From contig NC_092672.1 in the NCBI RefSeq assembly GCF_964355755.1, positions 496,001-560,000 on the forward strand: a stretch of 64,000 nucleotides of DNA, read 5' to 3'. This stretch comes from Antedon mediterranea (lineage: Eukaryota > Animalia > Echinodermata). Position 1 is the stretch's first letter, and the number at the start of each line of letters is the position of its first letter. Shown here one piece after another: positions 12,908-27,150 of the stretch. The notes beneath the pieces were generated by a model that worked only from the letters and a program-made list of their open reading frames with translations, was not told where the DNA came from and did no database searches. Position numbers and translations under genes: made by a program.

Positions 12908-15819
12908 AAGTGAAGGAATTTGGATAACGTCATAGTATAAAGCTGGCAAGTGCTGCCTGGGTGGACAGGAATAAAAGAAATATAACAAAGGGAGCCAGGG
13001 TGGAGTCTGAATAAGAGTGGAAAACAAAGAAGGTAGCTTGGTAGAGATATAAACAATTTTGGAATGAGACTAAAAAACAGCTTAAATGGTGGTTAATATT
13101 GAAACTTAAATTTTGGTAGTCAATGGAATAATTTTACCGATCTGGGAGTATGTTCCTAATGTTAAGTCCAAAAGGTTTTGTGGTTTTAAGTAGTAATTCC
13201 CAGTGGTTTTCTTTGTCTTTGCGAGTTTTGTCGCTCCATTTGACATCGTGGTCTATTGCAATAACTCTGAAATTTGCAATCGAGTGACCAGCTGAAATTA
13301 AAATGTTCGGCTACAGGTTGATCAAGCTTTAATGTGTTGATAGCTGATCTATGTTGTGTCATTCTCATACGGAGAGTGTTTTTTGTTTCTCCGACGTACT
13401 GTTTGCCACAAATATTACAGTATATGAGATAAATGACGTTTTTGGTATTTATATACTGATACCTTTAACATGTATAAAAATATGTAAGTTTGTTTTATCA
13501 GTTTAATATTTTGTAGTTAATATATGTTTCTTTACCCATTTCTTGTAGCATTAGATACTTTTTAAGGTTTTTAAGGATACTAAAATGGTTGTATATTCAT
13601 GTAAAAATATGTAATTCCCTTTACTAAGTACTGATATATTAATGTACTGTATTGGGTTTGCTCTCAGAAATTATTTTGACAAATACTTGAACATTGGACA
13701 TTCTTCCAATATGAATTTATAACACAATCATTTTTAAAATAATGCGTTGTCTCTTTAACTTAAACGGTAAACCGTTAAAACAGAATGATATGACACATAC
13801 AATCATTGAATTGGTGTGTCAACATTAAATGTGGCGCATGATAGGCATAGGCCTACAGTATAAAGTCTTTGTTAAATCTATAGTTTTTTCATTCAGTTTA
13901 CACAGTGTGATATTGATGCTCTCGTTTGTTTGTTGCACACCTGAAATGTTTTTATGCTGCTTGTTATTTCATATAAAATAAATTATCTTTGTTTAGAATT
14001 AAGTGCAACACATTTTAATGGTGTTTGGTTAACTTTTTCATATTTAATAAGATACTATTATATGAATAAAAAGTTTGAAGGCAAAATATGATATATCTCA
14101 TAAACGAGTCTAATTTTCAATCTCGATTTTTGTAAATTGTGCATTTCTATTGCATACAGCAGACCCCTACAATGGGTTGAAGAGTCAAGGGTGTTTCAAA
14201 AGCCCCCAAGCTGCATAAAAATAACCAGTTAAAATCGGTGTGAATAAATGAACTCCATTTTCTTGGGAGCAGAAACAGGACAAATTTGTGGTAATCGGTT
14301 AAAAGGCAGCGCAAAATAACCCGGTTAAAAACACCCATTCAATTCAGTGTTGCCATTTAACCGGTTATCGCTGTTATCACAAAATAACGGTTATTTGATT
14401 GACAGCTGCTGACCCCGAGTCAACTACACGGTAGTAACGTTTGAATTAACCGCCAGGACCAATTGCATATAGCTTTCGCGTTGTTAAAGCTTCTTATTGA
14501 CTATGTCCTCTGGTAATTTAGCTGCCTAGAGGCGCGGCGGGAAAAACACAAGAATCAGAAATATAAATATCAAACAAAAGGAGGAAAAAGAAAAATAAAA
14601 AAGAAGATATATACATTACATATAATAAAATGTAATATATTAAACAAGATCCAGTTCTTTTCACGTTTCAAACATTCAGGTACACTATTTCATATACAAT
14701 AAATTGTACTTTTTTACAATAAAGTCAATTTAAAATTGAAATCAATAATTGATAGTAAATTAAGTTAATTTGGTCCCATTTGCTGTCATTTAATTACAAC
14801 AATGACAAATACTAATAGCCTACATAGTAGAATTTCATAGGTTTCACTTTGTATTTTAATTAGTAACAAAGCGAGCTGGCCTGCTTTATATCTGCTATGT
14901 GATCTACTAAACTTATAAATAAAATTCAACAGCCAACATTTAGGAATAGCTTGTACAGTATAAGCGTAGCATTACTAGCTTTGTTTCCTTATTTCCCCAT
15001 ATGTGTTCCTGCATAACATCATTGTATGATTTTACACTGATTATTCTTTTCGTGGTAAACGATGCATAAAACATGAATTATTTATTGTTTGGGAAATTGA
15101 TAGAATAATGCTTTCCGTCTGTATACTCTAATAGACCAGCATGTCTAAAAACTAGAATTTTTATATTGTTATTGTGAAATTTGTGATTGAAGAGAAAACC
15201 TACCCATGTCATAAATTAATGAGTGCAGAAGGTCGATGTATGCCATTTTTCATCGTTTATAGTGCTGAATTTTGTATATTGTGTATAGAATAACAATTAA
15301 CGATAGCACAGGTGAAATTACAGGACTCATTCAAATTTGTTCATGAAAATGAAACATGAAAATGACAATTTCGAAAGAGAATTGTCTGAGCAAGAACATT
15401 ACAATTCAAGATAAAATTCAACACGAATAAGCGAGATGCGCTCTCTAATGAATGTGATTATCTACAGTATGACGATCAAATAGAAAACAAATTCATGTGG
15501 CCATATGATGACGTCACAGTTGAGTGATCACGCTAAAAAGATTCTTATGGCCATGGAAAGATACTGTATTGTAAAAAATTGAAAATCATTGAGATTGATA
15601 TTTTTAGATAATCGGTATCCCACATTTCTACAGAAAGAATATAAATAGAAGATCAGGTGACTTACCTGTAATATCATTTTAACCAACGTAAAAGCTGAGA
15701 CAACAATATCGGGTAAAAGGGACTATAAATTCATGATGTTTTATGCGGTATAGATATGGTAGGCCTAATTCTATTTGTGAATTCTGAATTTGTCCTTTTC
15801 AATGATAAATATATTAACA

Positions 15820-16405
15820 AAACTAGAGGGTACTCCGAGAGTACAAACCTCCGCCTACTGTAAAATTCCCCTACATAAAATTCCCCCTGAATATTTTTTT
15901 TTAACATTTTTTTTTATTAGTTCTATGTGTAAATATGTTAACTGCACACTACAAAGTTGTGGATGACAGTGTGGTGTAATGGTTATGTATCCAGCCTCTC
16001 ACAGTTGAGATCGCTGGTTCAAGTCCCACTGAGGGTTCTTTTTTTTTTTTATTATTCTTTTATTTTATTTTTTTTTTTTTGTGGACCTTGATCTTTGACC
16101 CTGACCCTTCAAAATTTAACCACAATTATATGATGTGTCATTGATCATTGTGGCTAAGTTTGGTGAGAATCGGATCAAAACTGTGGTCTCCAGGCAGTAA
16201 AATAGTTTTTTGTTAGTTGTGACCTTGACCTATGACCTTTCCCCCTCAAATTCGAACTCGTCCAAGCTTTTTGGGCATAGATCATTGTGTCCAAATTTGG
16301 TTAGAATCGGATAAAAACTGTGGCCTCCAGGCTGTTCACAGACACACACACAAACACACACACAAACATACAGGGGTGAAAACATAACCTCCTTGGCGGA
16401 GGTAA
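15820..16405. mobile_element. Helentron-associated/DINE-1-like non-autonomous element with internal degenerate tRNA-like sequence (~15965-16035)
   Basis: aactag start, subterminal aacctccgcc repeated as terminal hairpin cctccttggcggagg, (AC)n tract near the end, A/B-box-like TGGTGTAATGG / GGTTCAAGTCC. Confidence 0.65.
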
Positions 16406-17031
16406 CAATAAATATAATTATAATGTTAATGTATTAATAATCATTTGTGTTATCCAGGATCAGTTCTATATTTATTTCAACAAGCTGTAAAACTAGATTA
16501 AAACATATTGCCAGAGAACAGACACAAGTTTATTCACGTCCATCATCTGGACATAAACACGAACTACTAAAAGTAGTTCAGATGATTAATATTTGTTGCT
16601 TTCCCTTTATACATATGATTGATATATAATACATTTTACTAAATTACTACAACTATCATTTTGTAATACCAGCTTACAGTGCCCATTAGCAATATATACC
16701 AGATATACACAATAGATCATTCAAGCGCCTGTGCGATTCTTAGAATAAGCTCCTTTCATTTTTTTGTATTATCAATTTGACGTTGAATATGATAATAATG
16801 TTTAATTTTAAGCACTGCTTTTATGTATATTTTGCAGACAGAAAGACAGACATGCAGACAGAAATATTTCCTCTATACAAACTATAATTATTGAAAGGTA
16901 CAAATACAATGTAAAAATATTTCCGGTTTATTGTTCCATTTACAGAAATGTTCATACAGTAAGTCCCAGATCTATCGACCCGATTGGCTGATACAAAGGC
17001 AGCGGGAGAGGTGAAAGCACTAGAACAGTTT

Positions 17032-18107
17032 TATACAATGTTGAATACAGAACAAGATAGAGCTTTACATGGGTATGTTTTATACAATGTTAAATACAGA
17101 ACAAGATAGAGCTTAATATGGGTATGTATTATACTGTACAATGTTAAATACAGAACAAGATAGAGCTTAATATGGGTATGTATTATACTGTACAATGTTA
17201 AATACAGAACAAGATAGAGCTTTATAATGGGATATGTTTTATACAATGTTAAATACAGAACAAGTATTCTGAATAATACTGGATTTAATCATGTATTTTC
17301 AAATAACATACCTATAGATTCAGCATGGTTTAAATCTTTTAAGTGTGTTAATCGTCAAATGTATGAATTGGATTGGTTTAATAAAAGCTGTACCAAACCA
17401 TCATTATCACTTTATGTTAAATTTAAAAAAAGGCCTGAGTTAGAAAATTATCTTACTGATTTTCATGGTGCTCAATTGAAATTTAAGGCAAGGTCAAATA
17501 CTCTTCAACTTGAAAGTAGATTAAGTAAATGGGATATGAATAATACTGGTAATTGTATGTTATGTAAGTATGAACCTGAAGATTTATATCATTTTATGTT
17601 AAATTGTAAAGTACTACAAGAAGTGCGAATTTCAGAATTTGAATGCTTGGAACAAAACCTTAATGATTCTGGTCTTTCAGATCTATGGAATTCACTCCAG
17701 TTAAATAATTCAGAGGTTATCTTAATGAGTATACTTGGTGGTGATTGTTCTGTTCTCATTCCAACAATGTCGATTAATATGGTAAACAAAGCCCATGACA
17801 TTCTTGATAAATTCTGCAAATCATATCTTAAGAAAGCATGGGCCTTTAGACAACGTATAAAGTCTAACATTATCGCGCGAATGATTTTTTATATTTTTTA
17901 TTGTATGTAATTTGGTTTAGTTATCTTACTTTGTTCTTTTTCTTTTTTTTTATATCAATTCTGTTTACAGTCATCATACAGAACAAGATAGAGCTTTATA
18001 TGGGTATGTATTATACAATGTTAAATACAGAACAAGATAGAGCTTTATATGAGTATGTTTTATACAATGTTAAATACAGAACAAGATAGAGCTTTATATG
18101 AGTATGT
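17032..18107 (+). repeat. 49-54-bp tandem minisatellite split by a LINE insertion
   Basis: tacaatgttaaatacagaacaagatagagc units at 17032-17264 and 17976-18107. Confidence 0.92.
17265..17975 (+). mobile_element. 5'-truncated non-LTR retrotransposon 3' end (C-terminal CCHC-type zinc knuckle)
   Basis: KFKARSNTL..CMLCKYEPEDLYHFMLNC motif; flanked by 12-bp duplication ATACAGAACAAG (17253-17264, 17976-17987). Confidence 0.8.
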
Positions 18108-18110
18108 TCG

Positions 18111-18360
18111 TCGTGAGGTGGTTTCCCGAATGATCGCAAAATCAAAACGGTACTGGGTATGACCAACTAGCGTTCTTGTCACCAACTAGTCATCCATTCA
18201 TAGAAGTACTGATGTAGTAGCCTATCTGTACGGTGATCATAGAATGAATGTGACCCGAGACATGACTAACTACGACTTTGGTGAGTTGGTGACAATAACG
18301 CTAGTTGGTCATACCCAGTACCGTTTTGATTTTACAATCATTCGGGAAACCACCTCACGA
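18111..18360. mobile_element. Foldback MITE with ~77-bp TIRs
   Basis: tcgtgaggtggtttcccgaatgat... mirrored by ...atcattcgggaaaccacctcacga. Confidence 0.88.
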
Positions 18361-20219
18361 TATTATTTTAATTATTATATTAATTTATAACACTAATTAT
18401 TCCAATATGGCATTGTTCTCAATAGAATTAAATTTGCTGAGTGGAGTGGCAGCCATTTTGAGATTTCCAATGCCTGATATTGAGGATGAGATTGGATCAA
18501 GCTCATATGAGGATTAAATGGATTTATAACAATCCATGTCTAAGGTTATGAAAATGTTATGCCAGCATTTTTCAAATAACGTTGAAGCCATTGTTCTCAA
18601 TATAATTGGATTTGGAGAGAGTGGAGTGGCAGCCATTTTTCAATGCCTGATATTGTAGTTGATATTCGATTAAGTGCATTTGTAAATTTAAACAGATATA
18701 TTAATGATAATGATATAGAACTAAAGCTGAATTGCTTGAGAAAACATACATAATTAAACAACTCTATAAACACAAGGAAGCAAAGTTTGAAGAGCAGCTG
18801 AGCTGACCGTCAACCATGTTTGCACAGTCAACATTTTACTTAGGGACTGTTTTCAAATGAGTATCAATGCAATCAATCAACACAAACTTACTATTCATTG
18901 TAAATAAAGGATTCAACTATTAACATTAATCAATTAATATATCACTTTTATAAAAGTGGCAACTCAAATTATATAACAAAAGTAGAGAAACAAATATATA
19001 TAAAGTATAACCAAAATACAGGGCAAGTTTATTGAATTTCATGTGCACAAGGTACAATCCTTCAATCATGAGAAAGACCTAACCTAACAGTCCTTGGTTT
19101 GTACATATTTAAAACTAGAGCAGCCAAAAACACAAAACATAAGGGTCATTTGAGCATTTCAAAATTGTAAAACTTTTTTGCATTTTGCGCACGCACTTGG
19201 GCTTACAGCTCGTACAAAGCGTATAAAAATGGTTTTTGCAATTGATTTTAGTTTTTCATAGCTAAATTTCATTCATTTGAACTTGAATTGCAAAATAACG
19301 ATGCACGTGCACGTTAAACTTAACTTAATAATCATGTGCTAAAGTACATGTATGCAAATTTGTTCAAAAATATACCTATTTTAATCTGTTATAGCTCATC
19401 AGGATGGCTGATTACCTCATTTTATTAAGATGATAGGAAATAAACAAACAAACTTGTAGGCTTTTAAATGTACCAATTGCCTACTTTAAACATAACAGTC
19501 ATCATTGAAACTCTTTTAACTTGTAGAGTGCCAAAATCAAATGTTTTTTTTTTTGTCTTGTGTGGGTTCGTCCAACTTTTATTATCATACTCTATTAAAA
19601 ATATTATATTTTTTGAGCATATTTTTTCCTCTCGTTTATATGTTACAACGTTAAAAGTATTGTCACATGTCACATGTTTTAATGGATGTCTAATATGAGC
19701 ATAGTTCAAAGGTTTATGACCATACAATAGGCCATAATTGGACAAAATGTGTTATTAGACTCTACAGAAACATGTATTTTCTTAACAATTTGACACTAAA
19801 AAATAATTTCATAGTTATGCGATTCTGTCAATAATGTTAGAATCGGCCATTTTTTTTTGCACAAACATGCCATTAAACTAAATATAAATGTGTAGTTTCT
19901 GAACAATTTAAGGACTAGTTTGTATCTCTCCGATTAGTGGTTGCTAATGAAATGAAATCAAGGTTAAATGTCAGTCATGTTAGAAATAGCACTTCCTTCC
20001 ATTCATTTTTTGACAAACTTTTGCATTAAAGTGAATATAAAAAACATATTCTAAAGATGTTGACACCATATCAAGTATCTCTGACTAGCGGTTTTCCAGA
20101 TATCCCCTAATAATCGCATATGATCAACCACATCCAGAACTGATCCATTTAAGGTAAAGTTAGCTGACATATAATCATTTCAGGAGTTTTTGGTTTAAGA
20201 AAATGTATAGTAAGGATGT

Positions 20220-20530
20220 GACACTAGAGGGTTTGGGTACCATTATTAGCAGACACCATTCATTCAGGTAAAGCATTCATAGGGACAACTTCACCAATGG
20301 TGAGGTCATCTACATATTATTTCCAGATCATCTGCAGTTATCAAACAGGGCGTAATTAATATTAATAAGAACGAGAAATAACACCGGCCCAAAGTAGTGT
20401 TCCCTGGGGGACACCACATTTAATGGGAAATGTAAGAGGACTGGGTGCCCGCAAACCTGGTGTGCATTACTCTGCCACTGAGCAAGCTGCAAACGATGGG
20501 AATAAAAGACGACCTCACCCCACAATTAAC
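20220..20530 (-). mobile_element. Degraded CR1/L2 RT fragment related to 10635-11757
   Basis: GPVLFLVLIN and YVDDLTIGEV remnants; nucleotide similarity to 10770-11065. Confidence 0.75.
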
Positions 20531-20958
20531 TTTCTTAGTGATCAATACGATCGAATGCCTTCATAAAATCAATCGCACAGATATTAACATAATTTCCTCC
20601 TTTATCCACATTCCTAAGAATTCAGGGGCGGACGCAGGGGTGTTGCCCCAGTTGACCGGGCAGCACCCTTAATTCATACTAAATTTTTTTTTTCCCACTT
20701 ATTAAATTTAGATCCTATTTCATCGTAAATAATAACCATTAACGTTATAGAATTCCAGGGTTGGAAGAGAATGTAAATTGACAGACTGCAGCAGTCAACA
20801 ATGCCGTGCACATTTTACCAAATAGACTGTTTAAGTTGTGCGTCTCCATGTTTGTAATACGAAAAATAAATTTAAACATGAATGCGTTGATATTCATTGC
20901 AATGAAACCAACTATCGTCCTTTTGAGCCGTCCTTATTTTGTACAATATATACTATTA

Positions 20959-21625
20959 CCGTACTGACGCGGGTATAAGCCCACCCCCCTCGAACATGAA
21001 ATCACGTCAAGTTTGGGGGGTGGGCTTATACCCGAGGATCCAAAAATGCAGATCGTCAAAAACAGCACATGTACACTGTATATTCCACTATGCGAGCGAG
21101 CGCCCTCACGTGTAGGACGTTGCCTCTAAATACACGAGGTGTAGAGTGTCGGAAAATCAAGTTTATAGTTCGTGTAATTTATCGTAAAATATCTTATTTT
21201 AAACATCAATTTAACAAGAATTTATCAAGCAGAAAAGCAAGTATACAATGTTCGTTAAATAGAAATGTACCAAAGAAATTTAATAAGCTTGTTTATGGCA
21301 GCCGATACCAAATAGTGGTTTTCCGTTTTGGCGACTTGTAGCGTCGTGTGTGAAGCGATCTTCGACCGCGATGGAGTGTAAACAAAACAGGACCGCTAGG
21401 CCTCATATGGCCTAGCGTATATTAGCCTAGCTTGGTTATGATCAAAGGTAGGTGTATTCGGTGTATCGACGTCGCCAAATACAAAATAATATATTACGAC
21501 ACACACTGTAGATCTTCGAATTAATGGATGGGCTTATACCCGAGTGCCTAATTTTTCATGAAAATTAGTCAAAAGTTGGGGGTGGGCTTATACCCGAGTA
21601 TGGGCTTATACCCGCGTCAGTACGG
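20959..21625. mobile_element. Tc1/mariner-type MITE
   Basis: 25-bp TIR CCGTACTGACGCGGGTATAAGCCCA, TA target duplication, repeated subterminal GGGCTTATACCCG. Confidence 0.9.
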
Positions 21626-22615
21626 TAATCGGAAACGGAAAAAATACTAGTTCAGAGAGAGCGCACCACATGTTTATTAATTATTCATTCGTTTTCTTTC
21701 AGTATAATAGGGTAACCCTCTCAGTAATAATATAAAAACTGCTCTTTCGAGGGGCCTTACGACATGCACATTTCGTTTTCGTATAGTAGTGTAGCCCTCT
21801 CAGTAATAATAAAAAAAAGTTTGTGATGTCGATGCGTGTCCCTTCCCCCTCCCCCCCCCCTTTCACTTCTTTTGCTAGTTTTTATAACCTTCCAAGGCTC
21901 GGTATAACTAATAGGAGTTCACATCCCTTGGATCTGCCTTTTAATGATGCATGTTATTGTTAAATGCATGCAATGTTTAGTACTTTTGTGCAGTATTACA
22001 GGTCGAAACTCCACGAAATTAATACAGTACAATATCGGCTCTCAACAATTTTATTATAGTATTTTTCAGTTTTTGTAGCACTGTAGCTTATACCTGTCTG
22101 AGAAATCAATCTAAGTCTTAGTTTTTAATAGAGATATCTCTATTAATAGAGATATCTCTATTTAAAACTAAGATATCTCTATTAAAAACTAAGATATCTC
22201 TATTGCTTGAATAAATGACAGCTTAGCGCGCCATACTTTTGCTTAATATGAACACATGCGGAAAGATTAGACCTACGAGAATAAAGAATATCATTTGTGT
22301 AATGTTAATTTTAAATTCTATTCTATTATACAGTACATTGATAAATAAAGGAAACTTTAAATAATCATGTATATTATTACACAAAAGATGGAAATATTAT
22401 AGAACCACGAGAATAAAAAATGTACATATACAGTAGGCCTACTGTATTTTTGTAATTTAATGTAATTTTGCTGACTTACAATTACATAACACACACACAC
22501 AAGTCACACACACCCACACAGTACTAACTAGAATAGACATGGGCTTTAATAAACTTTAGTAATAAATTCTATTAAAAAACACTATAAACTAAAGGCTGAT
22601 TATAATAATAATAAT

Positions 22616-25600
22616 AACTAGAATTTAATTCGTCACTTTGACGAATTATAGGTGATCATTTTTATCATTTTAATGAAATTAACACTTTTTAAACATGCAT
22701 ACGTTAACATACGATCGTAAACAGAATTGATGTACGCCATCCTATGACATGATGCATACGCTTATAGTGCTGAGTTGTGCCTATTAATATGCCATATACA
22801 ATATGTACAGTATATACTGTATATCTATACAGTGTAGCATAGGTGAAATTACGGGACACACATCATGTTCTAATTTTTTGGTATGATGGAATTATCAAAA
22901 TAAACTCGAAGATGACAATTTCGAGAGATAATGAATTGAGCAAATAAATATAAGAATTGGAAGAGAATCTGGCACGTAGAAGCGCTGTGCGCGCTCTTTG
23001 AAATTTGTATAACTTTGACGAAAAAGATGAAAAAACTACTTTTTAACTTCATCTGGCCATATGTTAATGTCACAACATCCGATAGGCTTGGTTTTTATAT
23101 GAATTCATATCTACATTTCATCAGCTTTCATAATAAATTATAATCATCAAGGTAACCTTCAATTCTGAAGAGCTGTAAGATATTCAAATTTATGGCGAAG
23201 GTGAAATTACACGACCTACGTTATTCAACTTTTTACGCGTGATGACGTCATCAAAATGAAAACACTGACAAATTATGAGAAAGATAAATAATTAAGCAAG
23301 CACACACTGAAATTTGCGCGAAAATTGAGCTCAAAAAGCATTCTATTGAATGTGATAACCTACACAAAACGGAAAAAAATCCTAATTTTTAAATTCAAGT
23401 GGCCATTTGATGACGTAATACCATTTTGTACTACTGTACTAATGTGTATATACATTTATTTATATCTACAACTCAATGGCTTCCCGAATAAGTTAAAAAA
23501 CTTAGGGGTCATCGCGCATTCTGAAGAGTTATTTTCATTTTTATTTTTTTTAGCACTTTTGTACAATTAATGTGTGCATTTTGTCATTTGTAATGTGCTC
23601 GTAGAGCACTATTTTAAGTGGAAATGGACTCAAATTTGGTGAATGTACTAAGGATTGCGAGTAGAATGTGATTTATACATCAAATTTTATTTTTTACGCT
23701 TTGTACGAATCGCGTGCGCAAAAACGTGTTTTTGCCCAGTAATCTTTTGAAACACGCAAATGGCCTAATTCATGCTCTAAATTGATCAAAACCTAATTTT
23801 GAGCTTTGTAAAATTTTAACGCGCGATTTCATGCGCATGACCTTTAAACTCGCAGGTTTTTATTTTAATACGTGAAATATTAATGCGCGCTCTTTTAAAT
23901 GTAATGAACTATGACGCAAAATATGAAAATACGACTTTTTTTATTTAACTGGCCATATGATGACGTCACAATATCCGATTGGCAACATTTTCACATGATT
24001 TTGTATCTACAATTCAATAGCTTCCAGAAAACGTTTTAATTGTGATTATCACATTTTATTCTTACGAGCTATAAAAGATTAAAATTTACTGTAAAGATGA
24101 AATTAATGCCATACATAATTTAAATTTGTAGGCATGATGACGTCAAAAAAATTAAAATATTTTTAACTCATGCGAAAGATAGTTGATTAACCTAGACAAT
24201 ATCAAAATCGCGGTAAAAATGGAAACGGATAAGTGGAGATGCGCTCTATTAAATGTGATGACCTATTACGAAAGACACAAAAATCCTAAATTTTATATTC
24301 GCGTGGCCATACGATGACGTCACAATGTTCGGTTAGCCATATTAATACATGATCCGATATCTACAACTCATCAACTTCCAGAATATGTCATCCACAAAAA
24401 GTTGACAGTGTAGTTTAGAAATTACGACTGTTTAAAAAAAGGCATAATTTTGACAAATTTTTGAACTTTTTCATCAAAAACACGCGCAAATTGTACAATT
24501 CGACATGCTCGTATGACGTAACTTTAAGTCGAAATTGTTTAAAAGTTGGTAAAATTACTAGAAAAGGCTGGAAAAACATAAATCACTCGAAAAAATTATG
24601 TTTTTAACTGGGAATTTTTGACATGCTTAAAATGACATGAAACGCGTAGAAAGTTGATTAGAAATTGATTTTTCGCAATATAAAATTTTAACTAACGTAA
24701 CTTTTTGTAAAACATGCCATTTTTAGTTCACTAAAAGTTTGCCCTTGATATGACTTAAATTTTTATAAAGGGTAAAAAAAAAATTACGCTTGGTTTTTAA
24801 GCTATGATCAATCATTAAAAATCATAAAATCGTGCGTAAGTCACGTTGCGCAACTATGACTTCATTCAAAATAGGAGGCGCACAACTTCACGTAAATGCC
24901 CACATGTTGTCAAAGTTATGAAATGTTATGTTTACACATTTTAGAGAAACGTGACTCACAAAAAAATGGGAAAGAAACTAGACATGAAACTCGTCACTTT
25001 GGCGAGTTAGTTATCCGCACGACAAACGCCACGTGCACGTCATACGTTGGAATTTTGCAGAAGAATATGATATGTTGTTAGTGCTGAATTCTGTCAATTT
25101 TGTGTCATATAGTATATGCATGCAAACAGTATAATCTGTATACATGTTACATACAGTGTAGAATAGGTGAAATTACGGGACCCGCCATTTATTCAAATTT
25201 GTAACATGGCGACGGTATCAAGATGAAACACTAAGATAGCAATTTCGGAAGGAAATTATCTCAGCAACAACATATTAACGTGTAGAAGAAATTTGAATAC
25301 GTTTAATATTGATGCGCGCTTTTTAAAATATAATGAACTATGATGCAAAAGATGAAAATACAACTTTTTTTATTTAACTGGCGATATGATGACGTCACAA
25401 CATCTGATTGGCAAAATGTTCACATGATTTCATATCTACAATCCAATAGCTTCCAGAAAATGTTTTAATCGTGATTATCACATTTTATTTTGACGGGCTA
25501 TTTACAGATTAAAATTTACTGTAAAGATGAAATTAATGACCCACGTAATTTAAATTTTTAGGCATGATGACGTCATAAAAATTAAAATATTTTTATCTCA

Positions 25601-26335
25601 TGCGAAAGATAGTTGATTGACCTAGACATTATCAAAATCTCGGAGAAAAAGAAATACGTATAAGCGTGATGCGCTCCATTGAATGTGATGAGCAATAACG
25701 AAAGACAAAAAAATCCTATATTTTACATTCGTGTGCCCATATGATGACGTCACAACATCCGTGAGGTAAAAATTCTGCATGAATTCATATCTACAACATA
25801 TCTGCTTACATATTAAGTTAAAAAAATTAGGGGTAATCGTTGATCCTGAGAAGCTATAAAAGATTCAAAATAGGCATAATTTTGACAACATTTTGTAACT
25901 TTTTCAACTAAAACGCGCGCAAATGGGCTAAATCAACGTGTTCGTAAGACGTTATTTTAATTTTAAATGATGTCAATCACGCGTATGACCCTACGTGCGC
26001 GTGCGTTTTATTAGCTAATATTTTTACCCTTGACCTGAAGTTTATTTATAGTGAAATTCATTAATATGTGATAATGAATTATGGAGATATGATTGATAAT
26101 GTGATTTCACAAAAAATGGTGTATAAATGACGTCACGGATGAGTGATCGCGCTGAAAAGCTTATTAGGACTAAGTTAAAGTATTTGAAAGACATTGTGAA
26201 ATTTTGGTAATCATTGACATTAAACTTTTTGAGATAATTGTTACACAAAATAGTGTACAGAAACAATAAAAACAACAATAAAGATTTCATACAATAACAA
26301 TAGGTGATCATTTTATTCTAAATGATCACCTAATA
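22616..26335. mobile_element. Large HINE/Helentron-like element with long diverged internal tandem repeats
   Basis: aactag start with taggtgatcatt subterminal motif, terminal hairpin taggtgatcatt..aatgatcaccta; internal blocks recur (e.g. ~23880-24500 vs ~25310-25940, many ATGATGACGTCA). Confidence 0.65.
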
Positions 26336-26724
26336 ATACACTACATTTAAATAAAGCTACATGATTGAAATTAGCAGTTAACAGTACGGTTTTAAACTTT
26401 TTTAACTTGTAGAGTGCCAAAATCACATGTTCACAATAATCCACAGTGGAGCTACACTCAGACTTTCTCAGCTTATATCATGTTTAAGTATGATTAATTG
26501 AAAGTGATTACATAAAAAAAAAAAAGGGAAAATGTGGCAATATTTTCCAAAAACTAATTTCTAAAACTGCTGTAGTATAGTAGTAAGGCTAGAGGCCAAG
26601 GCAGCATCGCGGTACATACCTAACCTAGACTCTAGTAGGCCTATTGAATATATCCACGTCTTTCTATCTCGTTAAATTTGACATTTTAGTAGTAATCTCA
26701 TAATCACATTATTACACTGTGAAA

Positions 26725-27150
26725 CCGTATCCGGATATTCACCCCCTGGACATTTACCCCCCGGACAACTACCCCCCGGACAACCACTACTCCTTTAGGA
26801 CAACTACCCCCCGGACAACCACTACTCCTTTAGGACAACTACCCCCCGGACAACTACCCCTTTAGGACAACTACCCCTTTAGGACAACTACCCCTTTAGG
26901 ACAACTACCCCTTTAGGACAACTACCCCCCGGACAAATACCCCCGGACAACAACCCCCTTAGGACAACTACCCCCTGGACAACTACCCCCGGACAACTAC
27001 CCCCTGGAACAACTACCCCCCGGACAACTACCCCCTGGAACAACTACCCCCTGGAACAACTACCCCCCGGACAATTACCCCTAGGAACAATTACCACCCG
27101 GACAATTACCACCCGGACAATTACCCCCCGGACAATTACCACCCATCCCT
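26725..27150 (-). repeat. C-rich minisatellite (GGACAACTACCCC)n, inverted relative to 28256-28457
   Basis: Direct tandem copies, reverse complement of the 1607 family. Confidence 0.9.

Larger units (their letters stand above)
12526..13450 (-). mobile_element. Penelope-like element remnant: GIY-YIG endonuclease fragment plus two direct terminal repeats (~12526-12713, ~12861-13045)
   Basis: Minus strand reads NVIYLIYCNICGKQYVGETKNTLRMRMTQHRSAIN..PVAEHFN, the typical PLE GIY-YIG; adjacent ~185-bp direct repeats. Confidence 0.88.
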
